Assembly: GCA_043228905.1 (NCBI GenBank)
Contig: JBHGNT010000005.1
Location: 15,004,001 to 15,068,000 of the forward strand
Reading direction: 5' to 3'
Length of the DNA: 64,000 bases
Source of the DNA: Azolla caroliniana
Lineage: Eukaryota > Plantae > Polypodiophyta
Made by a program: the position numbers and the translations under genes. The notes below the pieces were generated by a model that was not told the DNA's origin, made no database searches, and was given only the letters and a program-made list of their open reading frames with translations. The first letter of the stretch is position 1; every line of letters begins with the position of its first letter. Positions 10,648 to 23,800 of the stretch are shown here, one piece after another.

Positions 10648-13600
10648 AATATTTTTAATATTTTATTTTATTTATTATACGCACTTTAAATCGGATATAG
10701 TATTTTACATATTTCACGTAGTGTGTGATTACGGCTCATAGCTATCGTAGCTTCAATACATAGCTCGCATTCGAAGAGAGAAGAAGAAGAAGAAGAATCG
10801 ACATAATGAATACTCAAATGGGGAGTGCTCTCCCTACCGAAAAGTTGGATCGAAACAACTTCGCATCTTGGGAGTACAAGATGCACCAATACCTTGTCGG
10901 ACAAGGCTATTGGAGCTACATCAAAGGAGCACATGAAGACCGACCCGCCGAAGCGGCTCCCGGATACGCGACATGGGAGCAAGCCGCAAGCTGCGTGATG
11001 TATTGTTTGGCGACATGTGTTCACGACCACATGCTCGGTTACATTCGAGAAGCCAAGACGCCGAAGGAAGCATGGGAAAATCTATGAAAGATTTTCGCCG
11101 CCAACACGACCACGAGGAAGCTTTAACTCCACCAAGAGTTGAACAACATTCAACAAAGGGACATGTCCATCACGACATACACCTTGAAGATCAAGGAGCT
11201 TTGCGACTCGCTCAGCTCAATAAGTGTAAGTATAGATGATGATGAGTGGTGCAAATATGCCTCGGCGGCCTCGCACCACGATTCGGCACGATGCGAACCG
11301 CCGTTCTAGCACGGGAGAAATCTCCCTCCTTCCTCAAGCTCCAATCAATGCTATTGGTCGAAGAAAACCACGTGCGTACAAGGAGCAATGAGTCGGAAGG
11401 CCACATGCTCTACACGCACTCTAATGGAGGAAGAGGACGCGGACGAGCGAGAGGCCGATTCGGCCAAGGACAAGGCGGACGAGGTCCGACCTACGACAAC
11501 AACTCCCAATTTCGGCCGCAAAACGGAGGCCAACAAGGAACCTTCGCAAGAAGGGGGAGCTTCCACTCCAGCCCAAGCTGTCAAAACGCAATCGAATGCG
11601 GATATTGCGGAAAGCTCGGCCACCATGAAGAAGAGTGCCGAAAGAAGATGCGTGAATCGGCTTCCACAAGCCGACAACTCACGAATTACGCACACAACTC
11701 CGACTACGAAGGTCGTGGCGGAATGTATCCGAGCGCAAAAATTGACACATCCTCGAAGTAGCACGGGCCATGATGAACGAGAAGCATATGCCCGAGTCAT
11801 ATTGGGCCGAAGTTGCAAATACGGCCATCTACCTAATGAACCGGTGCACAACATCCGACGTACACGGGGTCACTCTGCACGAAAAATTCTTCGAAAAGAA
11901 GCTGAACCTATCACATGTTCGGATATTCGGCTCCATTGCGTACGTGCACATCCCCGACGAGAAGCGTCAAAAGCTCGACCTGAAGTCGGAGAAATGTATC
12001 CTCGTAGGATACTCACTGGAGCAAAAGGGGTACAAGTGCTACAACCCCTCAACTCGAAAATCTCGAGTAAGTCGAGACGTCGTTTTTGACGAGTCCGCAT
12101 CCTAGTACGCACCAGAGACAACTCCAACTCTGATTCCGCTTGACCCGGAATTCGCCGAACAAGAGATTGAGGATGAAGATCACCTTATGCGCATACTCGA
12201 AGAAAGTCCGATCATGACCTGATTGAGCGGACCACAATAGCCTTTGAGCGATCAAAGCACATCATGGCCTAGCCCGAAGATGCACAAAGGCAAGGCGAAA
12301 ATGTCGGAATACGAAGATGATCGCTTCAACGACGATGAGTCGACTCACTCACTCGACAGTGAGTTCGGCGGTTTCGAGGTACCTATCGAAGCCAAGAAAG
12401 CCCTCATCTCTGCAAATGAAAAGCTCCGCTGATCCACTCGTGAAAAGAACCCCATAAACCGATTCAGCTACAACGATTATATGGCGTACCATTACGCCTT
12501 TCTGATGAAGGTAGTGACAGTACGGGAGTGGGAAACCTTTTCGGAATCTGTGAAGGACCCGCGATGGATTGAAGCAATGAACGAGGAGATGTAGGCACTA
12601 CGGAAGAATTAGACGTGGGATCTCGTTCCCACCTCACCACACAACAAGGCGATCGGATGTAGATGGATCTACAAGGTGAAGTATAACGCTGATGTCTCCG
12701 TGAACCGCTACAAAGCTTGACTTGTAGCGAAAGGATACGCTCAGACGCATGGCGTCAATTACAAAGAGACCTTTGCCCCGGTGGCAAAGATGACGACGGT
12801 GCACACCGTAATTGCGATTTCCACGGCGAAACGGTGGCACCTCCATCAAATGGATGTCAAGAACGCCTTTCTACAAGGCGACTTAGAAGAGGAGGTGTAC
12901 ATGATCCAACCACTTGGCTTCAACTCGAGCACCCATCCGAAAGCTATTTGCCGACTCAAGAAGCCACTCTACGGCCTCAAGCAAGCACCACGTGCTTGGC
13001 ATTCGAAGATAACGCAATATCTTCATCAAATCGGCTTCCTGATGTCAAAATCGGACAACTCCCTCTACATACGAAGCGATTCCGCAAGTCCGTGTCGAAT
13101 ACAAGTGTATAATGGACGTATTCACACTATCCCTTTGTATAGCTTAAGTTTGGGCCATTTGTGTAATTAGCATAAATGGTAGTTGCCCTAAGTCGGTCAC
13201 TATATAAAGTGACCTTGTAACCTTTTTGTAAGGTTGGGTGTTGTATTATTGCTTTGTGGAATAGAAAGTCTTTTGCGCCTCTCTCTCTCTCTCTCTCTCT
13301 CCCTATCTCTGTGCAACGACCTAGAAACTGTCAAACGCAGGTACAGAAAAGAATCGAATGCTTCTTGCTCTTCCGCATCGCCACGGCCTTGTCTTCAACA
13401 TCTGGTATCAGAGCCTGCACAGTATTCGGTCCTTCAATCCGCTGTCGGCCGTCGTCTTAACCTGCACAGCATTCGGTTTCCTGCGTCATTCGAAGAAGAG
13501 AGAAGAAGAAAAACGAGGCTTGCATCTCTTCGCGTTAGATCATCTTCGCTTGGAGTAAGCCAACCGGTTGTACTCCGTTCCTTGTGATCGCAACCGCTCG

Positions 13601-14090
13601 AGGTGAAATCCCCTTGTGCAACATTGACACGATCGTGCTTCACTCGGTTAAACGACATCCGAAAAGGTCATTAAACGCTGCTCGCCGCTCGTTGTAACCA
13701 CTCGGTGCAGATCGGTCTCAAGACAACAACCCCAATTCGCGCTTCATCCGGCTGATCGACATTCGGGAGGATCAGTTGGATCTGTCTCTCTCGTCGCTGC
13801 AGCCACCCGAAGCAGAATCGGTCCAGATAATCGGTTTCAATAATCGGTATTCGGCATATATATCCGAAGTGAACCGGGCTCACTCCGACTCGGCAACATT
13901 CGGGAAGACCAGTCGGTCCTGTCCCTCAAGTTACCGGAGTCAATTCGAGCAAGTTCAACAATACATATATCCGAAGCCGAACCGACTCGGGTTCAAATCC
14001 GACTAGAACGATATCGGGTGAGCCAACCGGCTGCACTCCAACAAGGTTCGTAGTCAACTCCGAACCGAGCTTCGTCAACCGAAACCAAAT

Positions 14091-15229
14091 TTGATGGCAT
14101 CAACATCCGGCTCGTCAGAAATGAGTCTACGAAAGTTCGATGGATCGAACTTCAACTTCTGGAAGGAACAAATGCAGGACTATCTCATAGTCAAGGGGCA
14201 AATCGATCCCATCGAAAATGAAGAACCTCCAGAAGGATACAAACCAATTGAGTGGCAGAAGCTGGACAGAATTGTCCGCGCCACGATTCGGATGCACCTA
14301 TCGGAATCGGTATACTTTACGGTGCAATCGTGTACGACAGCATTCGAACTGTGGAAAACACTGTCGGACACTTACGAAAAGAAGGTCGCCGCAACGAAGA
14401 TGTTTCTGATCCGGCGCCTCTACAACTTGCGGATGAAAGAATCCGATTCGGTTCAAGCACACCTCAATGAGTACGAAAGCATAAGCTCCCAAATCTCGTC
14501 ACAGGGGACGGCAATCGTGTCTTCTCGATCTTCACCGATTGGCTCGCTATGGTAGAAAATCAAACCGACCGAAAGCTGAAATGCTTTCGGACAGACAATG
14601 GGGGAGAGTTCAAATCCGAAGAATTCGTCAAATTCTGCCGACAACGCGGCATCTGACGTGAATTTACGGCACCACACAGTCCGGAGCAAAACGGGATTGC
14701 AGAACGAATGAATCGGACAATCCAAGAACGGATAGTTTCCATGCTCCAACACTCCGGACTGTCGGATGGCTTCTGGGCAGAGGCTCTACTCACGGCAGTA
14801 CACATAATCAATATGTCGCCAAGCAGACCTCTAGGACTTCAAATTCCTCAGGAACTATGGATCGGCAGTAAGCCGAATTACGACAAGCTGAGGATCTTCG
14901 GATGCGAGGCGTACGCCCTTATTCCGAAAGATGATCGCCGAAAACTTGCACCTCGGTCCAGGAAATGCATTTTCCTTGGATATGGATCCGACGGCGAAAT
15001 GGGATACCGACTCTGGGACCCCGAACGCAGACAAATCGTTCGAAGTTCGGACGTTGTGTTCAACGAGTCGGCTATGAATCCATCAGTCGAAAAACCGATC
15101 GAAGTCCGAAGGGTAACATTTTCCGATGTGCCGACCCTTCAAGAAGGCCCCGCTCTTAACAAACGGTCAGCTTCACGGGTAGCTGAACCTTACATTACCG
15201 ACTCGGACAACCCCGACTCGGCACAGTAG
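14091..15229 (+). pseudogene. Truncated copia gag fused to integrase C-terminal half
   Basis: LRKFDGSNFNFWKEQMQDYL (gag) joins near 14516 to FRTDNGGEF...QNGIAERMNRTIQER (integrase core). Confidence 0.85.
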
Positions 15230-15418
15230 AACAATCCGCTTTCGGACCATCCGACCTCGACACCCGATGCGACCAGTCCAATCTTACCTCGACGATCCGA
15301 GAGACTGTCGCAACCTCCGGAGAGGTATTCTCCTGGAATTTTCTTCACCGACGCCGGCGAACCGACATCTTACGAAGAAGCATCGACATCTGTCGATTCA
15401 GCCACCTGGCATCTGGCG

Positions 15419-16936
15419 ATGGAGTCGGAAATGCACTCCATTCGGGCAAACAAGACTTGGGATCTGGTCGAATTACCTAGGAACCGGCGTGCTCTTCCTT
15501 GCAAGTGGGTTTATCGACTAAAAGAGACGTCTGATTCGACCACCCCAAAGTACAAGGCCAGATTAGTTGCGAAGGGCTTCCGACAAGAATATGGCGTCGA
15601 CTTCGACGAGATTTTTTCACCAGTGGTGAAAATGACAACCCTTCGTTTTCTACTCGGCGTAGTGGCAGCCGACAACTTGGAGCTGATTCAGCTAGATGTC
15701 AAAACCGCCTTCCTCCATGGTGATCTTGAAGAGGAAATTTATATGGAACAGCCAAAAGGCTTCGTGGCAACTGGCCAAGAACATCTAGTCTGCCGACTCA
15801 GGAATAGTCTATACGGCCTCAAACAGGCACCGCGACAATGGTACAAGAAGTTCGACGACTTCATCCAATCGATCGGCTTCTCAAAAAGCGATGAGGACCA
15901 TTGTCTCTTTACCAACACAGCTCAAGATGGATCACCCATCTTCCTCATCATTTACGTGGACGACATGCTAATTTCTGGACGCCACGCGGGCGAACTTGCC
16001 GATCTCATTCGGCAACTGCGGTTGAAGTTTGCCATGAAGGACCTCGGTCCGGCACGACACATACTCGGCATGAAGATTAGTCGGCATCGCGATAAACGAC
16101 ATCTTTTTTTGTCTCAGACCGACTATATCCGACGTGTCTTAGAACGCTTCAACATGCAATCAGCCAAATCTGCATCAACCCCGCTCCCCATGAATCTTCG
16201 GCTCTCTCAGCGAGACTGCCCGACATCCGGTCCGGAGGGGGAAGATATGAAGTCGGTACCGTATGCACCGGCAGTCGGCTCCCTTATGTACCTGATGGTC
16301 GCGACACGGCCTGATATTTCTCACGCCGTAGGAGTCGTTAGCAGATTTATGCACAATCCTGGCCGATCGCATTGGAACGCAGTCAAGCATGTGTTCAGAT
16401 ATCTGGCTGGCACAAAAGACCACGGCATTCTTTTCGGTCCGAACCGAACCTCAGGCATAGTCGGTTACACCGACTTGGACTTCGCCGGCTGTATAGACAG
16501 TCGGAAATCAACAACCGGATACTGCTTCAAATTCGGCAATGGAGCAATTTCGTGGAAGTCGAAACTTCAGGAGTGCACAACGACCTCAACGACCGAAGCA
16601 GAATATGTAGCTGCGTCCGACGCTGCAAAAGAAGCTTTGTGGCTCGGCCGGCTGGCGCACACGTTTCGACAAGTCGACCATGACTCGGCTCCAGTTGTCT
16701 ATAGCGACAGTCAAGGTGTTGTTGCCTTGTCGAGAAATCCGGTTCTCCACAACGCCTCCAAACATATCGACGTTCAATATCACTTCGTTCGGGACTGCGT
16801 CATTTCAGGGAAAATCGGTCTAGAGAAAATATCCACAACCGACAATGTCGCAGACGGAATGACCAAGTGTCTTTCGGCAGACCGCTTTCGGTCTCTTCGG
16901 CATCAGATGGGCGTAACGACAAACCAGTCCGGTTAG
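15419..16936 (+). CDS. Copia reverse transcriptase and RNase H (open 505-aa segment)
   Basis: KARLVAKGF, QLDVKTAFLHG, LYGLKQAPRQW, IYVDDML and KHIDVQYHFVRD motifs. Confidence 0.93.
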   Translation: MESEMHSIRANKTWDLVELPRNRRALPCKWVYRLKETSDSTTPKYKARLVAKGFRQEYGVDFDEIFSPVVKMTTLRFLLGVVAADNLELIQLDVKTAFLHGDLEEEIYMEQPKGFVATGQEHLVCRLRNSLYGLKQAPRQWYKKFDDFIQSIGFSKSDEDHCLFTNTAQDGSPIFLIIYVDDMLISGRHAGELADLIRQLRLKFAMKDLGPARHILGMKISRHRDKRHLFLSQTDYIRRVLERFNMQSAKSASTPLPMNLRLSQRDCPTSGPEGEDMKSVPYAPAVGSLMYLMVATRPDISHAVGVVSRFMHNPGRSHWNAVKHVFRYLAGTKDHGILFGPNRTSGIVGYTDLDFAGCIDSRKSTTGYCFKFGNGAISWKSKLQECTTTSTTEAEYVAASDAAKEALWLGRLAHTFRQVDHDSAPVVYSDSQGVVALSRNPVLHNASKHIDVQYHFVRDCVISGKIGLEKISTTDNVADGMTKCLSADRFRSLRHQMGVTTNQSG

Positions 16937-19070
16937 AGCCGGACACAGCGCAGGATGGTTTCCGACAACCGACATCAGTTCCTTAACGATCGGCTTCAAC
17001 TCTTCCGACCCGACCAGTTCGGTCTTCTGCCTCGGACCCTGCCGACTCGAACAAAACTGATATGTCCGAGAACCTAGGTTTATACCTGTAATCTTAGATA
17101 ACCCATGTATACGCCCATTACGGGGGAGTGTTGAATACAAGTGTATAATGGACGTATTCACACTATCCCTTTGTATAGCTTAAGTTTGGGCCATTTGTGT
17201 AATTAGCATAAATGGTAGTTGCCCTAAGTCGGTCACTATATAAAGTGACCTTGTAACCTTTTTGTAAGGTTGGGTGTTGTATTATTGCTTTGTGGAATAG
17301 AAAGTCTTTTGCGCCTCTCTCTCTCTCTCTCTCTCTATCTCCCTATCTCTGTGCAACGACCTAGAAACTGTCAAACGCAGGTACAGAAAAGAATCGAATG
17401 CTTCTTGCTCTTCCGCATCGCCACGGCCTTGTCTTCAACAGTCCGATCGTCATCATCTTATATGTGGATGACCTAGTCATTGGAGGTGAGCATCTCGTCG
17501 AAATCAATAAGCTCAAATCCCTCCTTTCCGACAAGTTCGAGATGACGGACATGCAGGAGCTCCACTACTTCCTTGGCATCGAGGTAATTCGGTCTCCGGC
17601 CGGAATCATGATCTCTCAACGGCACTACATCCTCAACTTACTATACAAGTTCGGGATGGCTGAGTGCAAATCTGTGGCAACCACGCTCGATCGTAATCTC
17701 AAACAAGATGCGAACTCCGGCACCAAAGCGTGTGAGCCAACTCAGTATCGACAACTCATTGGGAGTCTCATCTACCTCACGATCACACGACCCAATCTTA
17801 GTTATCCGGTCGGTCTCCTTAGCCAATTCATGCAAACACCGCGTGATACTCACTTGGATTGCGCTAAGCGAGTTCTACGCTACGTGAGCGGCACAATGGA
17901 TTGCGGCATCCTCTACAAGACCGCGATGCCAATACGACTCAAGGGGTACACAGATGCCGATTGGGCCGGCTACGAAGCTGATAGAAGATCAACCTCCGGA
18001 TTTGTTTTCTCCCTCGGCAGTGGAGCAATATCCTGGAGTAGCAAGAAGTAGCCTACCGTCGCTCTTTCGAGTACGGAGGCGGAATACAGGGGCGCAGCCG
18101 TAGCTGCGTGTGAAGCCGTATGGCTCAAGAGGATTTTGAAGGATCTGGGCGTACCCATCAAGGATCCGACTTCCCTTTACTACGACAACATGGTGTTCCA
18201 CGCGTGGACAAAGCACATCGAAGTGCACTATCACTTCATCCGATAGCGCGTTATGGCTGGCGATGTCGATCTACAACACATTAGCACCAATCTTCAAATG
18301 GCCGACATATTCACCAAAGCCTTAGGAGCCGACAAGCTATGGAAATTCATGACTGATCTCAGATTGACGATCCCTGACCTGCCAAGCTTGAGGGGGAGTA
18401 CTGAAGACACTACGCAATAACGTGTGGATTCTGCAACCACGCAACGAAGCAGCGAAGAGCCGATCTACCGCGCAAAGCCGCGAAGAAAGACGCAAGCCGA
18501 AGCACAGACTTCGCAACTACGCACGCCGAAGCACAGACTTTGTAACTACGCACAACGCAAGCTAGAGCATGGATTCCGCAACTCCGCATAAAGCAAGTTG
18601 ACGTGAGTCGACGCGGACTCCGAAACGCGAGTTGAAGCGGATTTTAAATACCGTCTGAAACCGACCCGACTTGAGCTTGAGGGGGCGTGTTGAGAATCAA
18701 GCTCAACTTGGTATAGTGTGTGAACTCACCTTGAGAGTGAAGAGACACTCCAACGGTCAAGAGTCACCATTATGTCACCACTTTGTATTCTAGCATTTAG
18801 TATGAGTCATAGAATCATATTCTATGACACATAACTTATGAGCTTTCACATTCCCCATGCTCCATGAGTCTTGTAGTTAATGAAGAGAGAGGGTGACTAC
18901 ATAAAGCACCCTCCTCCCACCTTGTATAATGTTGAGTCTTTCTCCTTTGTCAATAGACTTTTACCGTGCGTATTCTCTGTGTTTCACTCACACACACACT
19001 CTCTCTCTTACACACACACATAACTCACATCTCTTCCGCTTCACAAGAATCCATCTCTTGATTCTTTACA

Positions 19071-19235
19071 ATTATCATAAATTTTTTCATCATACTTATC
19101 ATAAAATTTGTCATCATACTTATCATAAATTTGGTCATCATACTTATCATAAATTTGGTCATCATACTTATCATAAATTTGGTCATTATACTTATCATAA
19201 ATTTGGTCATTATACTTATCATACTTATCATAATT
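19071..19235. repeat. 24-bp minisatellite (CATCATACTTATCATAAATTTGGT), about 6.5 copies
   Basis: Seen directly. It generates the spurious HHTYHKFG / MISMMTKF ORFs. Confidence 0.92.
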
Positions 19236-19364
19236 GATCATCATAAATAAAAAGGAGACTCTACATATAATACATATAAAAATTAATAAGTTAAAATAAG
19301 AGTTTAAAGTTAAAAGTTAAAAGTTAGAGCCTATAGAGAATATTTTTGAGTATTTTTTAACCTA

Positions 19365-19564
19365 TAAACTTATAAACCTTTAAACCTTTAAACCGAACCA
19401 CATAAACAAAAACCGATAAGCCGATAAACTGGTAAATTGAAAAACCAAACCGAAACCGATTAGTAACATTTCAAACCAAACCAAACTGTTTATTTATCTT
19501 TGAACCTATAAACCGTTAAGCCACAATTTTTTGGTTTGGTTCGATTTGAGCCGAAACCGGGCCT
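19365..19564. mobile_element. Possible end of a hAT/MITE-like DNA transposon (AAACCG subterminal repeats)
   Basis: Dense AAACCG/AACCGA motifs ending in GAAACCGGGCCTA. The other end was not identified. Confidence 0.4.
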
Positions 19565-20230
19565 ATTGCTACTCAAGAGTGGCATGTCGAGATGTTGTAG
19601 CCCAAGCATCTCTGAAAAATGTTGCAACTTGTTGGTTCCAAGTGCCTTGGTGAAGATGTCGTGAAATTACTGATCCGTCTTAACATTCTAAAGTTCGACT
19701 TCACCGTTGAGGACTCGCTTGCATACAAAGTGATAATGCACTTCTATGTGCTTCGTTTGAGCATGGAACACAAGATTTTTGGCGAGTGGCATGCTACTCA
19801 TGTTGTCACAGTAGATCGAGATCAGAGTCGGTACTTCGATCCGGAGGTCTTGCAGCAACTGCTTAAGCTAGATGGCTTCATATATGGCAACGTTAGCACC
19901 CTGATACTTAGTCTCAGTGCTCGATAGGGCCATTGTTAGCCGCTTCTTGTTGCTCCACGCAATAGCCACGCTACCAAGAGAGAACATAAATCCGGATGTT
20001 GAGCGACGATACGACGCATCATCGGCCCAATTGGCATCTGTATATCCGACTAGCTTTTCAGTTATGCTGTGTCGGTATAACAGTCCCCGGTCCTTAGTGT
20101 TGGTAACATACCTCAATGTTCGGTGTGTGCACTAAAGGTGCTCCATGGTTGGCTTTTGCATAAACAGACTTATCACCCCGACTGGATAGATGATGTCTGG
20201 TCAGGTGATTGATAGATAGATGAGGCTTCT

Positions 20231-20819
20231 TGTTAGGAAATAGGTCCCTCTGGATGGGAAGTGAGAAGAATAGTACTGATGAGCAAACTCGGCTGAGGCC
20301 GGAACCGGATGACGAGTACCCGGCAAGCGCCGGATGATGCAGGCCCGGTGAGGAGTGCTCACCGGATGAAGGGACATATTCGTAAATATGTTTTCTGAGA
20401 GTCCACCAGGGCTATATTTGTAAATAGCCGAAAAGTCATATTAGTATAAATATGACTTAGGGCAAACTTAGTAGTTGTAGTAGTGGTTGTCATTCTTGTT
20501 GGTGCAAGATTGGAGTGTGTAACTATGTACAGAGAGAGAGAGAGAGGAAGAGCTCGTTGCCTCTGTTGTAACCGCCGCCTATGGTGAAGATAGCAAGCTC
20601 GAGGTCGTTGCCTCGGTGCTTTACAGTTGTACATTGTGATATAGTGATAGTTTGTAGTCTGTGGGTTGCCGTGGTTTTTCCCTAGTTTGGGTTTTCCACG
20701 TTAACATCCTGTGTACTCTTCTCTTCTCTGTGTCATGCATTCATTCCCCGTTTTCTGTGTTTGGTTCTAAGCTCGGTTGTGGCCGAGCGTTGTTCATCGG
20801 GAGTGTGTAGTTCCTGTCA
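20231..20819 (+). mobile_element. Solo copia LTR with perfect TSD
   Basis: TGTTAGG...CCTGTCA flanked by CTTCT (20226-20230 and 20820-20824). Homologous to LTR 39581-40242. Confidence 0.93.
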
Positions 20820-23800
20820 CTTCTGACAATTTTTCGAAACCGTTTCTCATTGCAGGTCGGTTTGCAGTCGGGACGAAGCTTTAGGTTTTGGTCCATGGGT
20901 GTGGATATTGGTAGGTAGTCGGTCATGCTGAACTTGTACAGTATATTCAACACATAGTGTCATTGTGAGAGCAGTATGCCATCGGGGGTGTGGATCACTT
21001 TGATCTTGAGGAAATAATGAAGGTCCCCCAGGTCCTTCATTTTGAATGCATCTGATAGTTGGGACTTCACTCAGTCGATTTCAGCGACTCCAGGTCCGGT
21101 GATGACTAGATCATCCACATATAGCAAGATACATATCGGATCTTCTGAACCTTCTGAACCTTTCCGAATGAACAACGATGAGTCAAACTTGGAGGCCACA
21201 AACCTTTCCGAATGAACAACGATGAGTCAAACTTGGAGGCCACAAACCCCATCTGAAGCAACCTATGCATGATCATCAAATTCCAAGCTCGGGGTCTTGC
21301 TTCAAGCCATAAAGTGACTTCTTGAATCGCCACACCACTGACTTGTTCATCTCCGACTGAAAACCAAGGGGGGTGGATCATGTAGACCTGTTCTTCAAGG
21401 TCACCTTGAAGAAACACATACTTCACGTCCATTTGGTGAAGATACCACCCCCTTGCTGCAACAACCTCTTGTACCACACGAACCGTCGTCATCTTCGCTA
21501 CCGAAGCGAAGGTCTTGTTGTAGTCGATTCTGTGGGTGTGCGCATATCCTTTGGCCACTAACCGTCACCATTATACTTCACCTTGTATACCCACTTACAA
21601 CCTATTAGAGATATGATCTAATGTAAATGTATGATAAGGAGAAAAGAATGAAAGATAGATAGATAGAAAGGAGAGAGGGAAAGAAGGGTGCCGATCCACC
21701 CGACCACCCCCGAGCAAAGGGATCGAGACGGACTCGAGCCTCGATCGGCGTCCCATACGACTACCGTGGCGTCGAGTCGTACCTGGTGCTGACGCGCTCA
21801 CTACAAGAGTTGAACCACCATGAAACAGAGTCTCGACGTAGTCAAAAGATGATCAAATGAGGGTAGTTAAGCCTCTTATTTATAGTGATACCCAAGGTCC
21901 CCAGGCAACTTCACACTTGGCCTAATGGGTTGTCTCAATCTCGAGTATTAAAAGTAATCCTCCCCTTCTTTACACTCTCATTTAACCCTCACACTTATCC
22001 AGGTGTATAAAATACTACGATAAATTCTCACCACGAGATATTATATGGTCATGCCTGTAACATACCCCGTCTTTAAAACATTGCACTCTTGCAATGGAAA
22101 GTTAGGGAAGTTAGTTCTGAGAGTATTTTCGCGTTCCCACGTGGCATCTTTTATTAATTTATCCATCCATTTTATTTAAAATTCTTAGATTTCTTTAGTA
22201 TGTAATTTTTTTGTTTTAACATCGAGAATTCTTTCTGGTACATGTGTTTTAGAAGATATTTCTTCAGAAATAACCGGAGTTTCAGTTGTAACTATATTGT
22301 CGCCAGAACCTAGAAGTTCTTTTAGACGACTCACATGAAAAACTAGATGAATTTCAACACCATCGGGAAGAGCGAGATGAATGACCCAATGCGTTTGAGG
22401 ACTGTAATAGGTCCACAAAACCGTGGGGCTAACTTAGCACACTTACCCTTAGAAAATTTCTTAGAATTGTGAGGTACACGGAAAAATACCCTCTGTCCAG
22501 GGTTGAATACACGAGGTTTCTTATGATGATCGGCATAAAAACATGCTCTATCTTGAGCTGTTTTTTATATTATCTCGTGCAATATGCAACATATCTTGCA
22601 TATCCCGAAGAAAGTTTTTGGGTACTTCGCAACTCATCATGATGTATATTAACATCAATCGAGGCTCATGGCTGTAAACCAAACATCAACATAAAAGGAC
22701 TATATCCCGTCGATGTATGCTTGGAGTTGTTATAAGCAAACTCCAAAATTGGGAGATAATGTTCCCATTTTGTTGGTTTTGTACCAACGTATGCTCGAAG
22801 CATGTCCTCAATAATTTGGTTTACTCATTCTCTCTGTCCATCGGATTGAGGATGATCCGTGGAGCTCATGCTCAATGTAGTTTCTAACTTCTTAAAGACT
22901 TGCGTCCAGAAGTCACTAGTAAACTTTGGATCTCAATCACTCACAATATCCATCGGTAACCCATAAAAACGAAATAACTCGTCAACGAATTGGTAATCCA
23001 ATTCAGGAGTTGTTATTGTGGTTTTAATAGCAATAAATCTGGCCATTTTAGTTAGTCTATCACCCACAACCCAGATGGCATCATGGCCTTTTTGGGTGTG
23101 AGAAGCCTAACAATAAAATCCATGGATATACTTTCCCACTTATTATCCCACTTATTATTGGGAATGTCCAAGGAATGTAAAAGTCATGCAACTTTAAGTC
23201 GCTCGGCTTTGTTAACCTAACATTGGTGACATTTAGTCACATAGCTATGTATGTCAGGACGCATCTTAGGCCAATAGAATTGAGTGGAGATGAGAATGAG
23301 TGTACTATGTATTCCAGGGTGCCCTATTGAGGGTGCGTCATGGCATTAAAAAAGAATTCTCTTTTTGACCTCAGGCAAATCTAGAACACAAACCTTCCCA
23401 TTACGGTAGAGCAGACCGTTAACAATGTGGAAGTATTCCTTCGAGGATGTGGTGGTGTCTGTTCCAGACTCAACTCTTGCCTAATATTTCGCAAAATAAC
23501 TGTTATCAGGATACTTTCCTCGAAGGTGATCATAAAGATATGATGTTTTTCAGTGAAGCTAAGCATGTTAACTTCACAGATGCGACTTAGTGCATCAACG
23601 ACAGTGTTCATGGAACCTTACGATATCGTATGGAAAAATCAATGTCCTGGATGGGATCAGCCCATCATGCCTTACGACCTTTCAGGTCTTGTTGGTCACA
23701 AAAATATTTCAAGGACTCGTGGTCCGTAGTTACCACAAAGCGATTTCCATAAAGATAATGGCAACATGTTTTGAGCATAAAGATAATGAACGGTATACCG

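Larger units (their letters stand above)
13093..17440 (+). mobile_element. Young nested Ty1/copia element with two LTRs and a TSD; gag C-terminus, protease and integrase N-terminus deleted
   Basis: LTRs 13093-13400 and 17129-17440 are almost identical. TSD GTCCG at 13088-13092 and 17441-17445, PBS TGGTATCAGAGC at 13403, PPT GGGGGAG ending 17128. Confidence 0.97.
10721..19070 (+). mobile_element. Ty1/copia element, 5' LTR lost, internally deleted, host of a nested copia
   Basis: gag from 10806 with CCHC knuckle (CGYCGKLGHHEEEC), partial integrase 11726-12105, RT 12540-13092 resuming at 17446 (IVIILYVDDL) and RNase H to ~18400. PPTs at 18385 and 18674. 3' LTR 18688-19070 (TGTTGAG...TTTACA). 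Many stops. Confidence 0.9.

Noticed and set aside
18929-19244. His-rich and Met-rich repeat ORFs
   Set aside because: Translations of the 24-bp minisatellite with no stop-codon constraint.
20274-20320. Hammerhead-like CTGATGAG-CAAA-CTC in an LTR (retrozyme)
   Set aside because: Not followed by GAAA, and CTGATGAG is not conserved in the sister LTR at ~39681 (TTGATGAA).
21157-21244. 44-bp tandem duplication in copia RT
   Set aside because: Real, but an ordinary frameshifting decay event.
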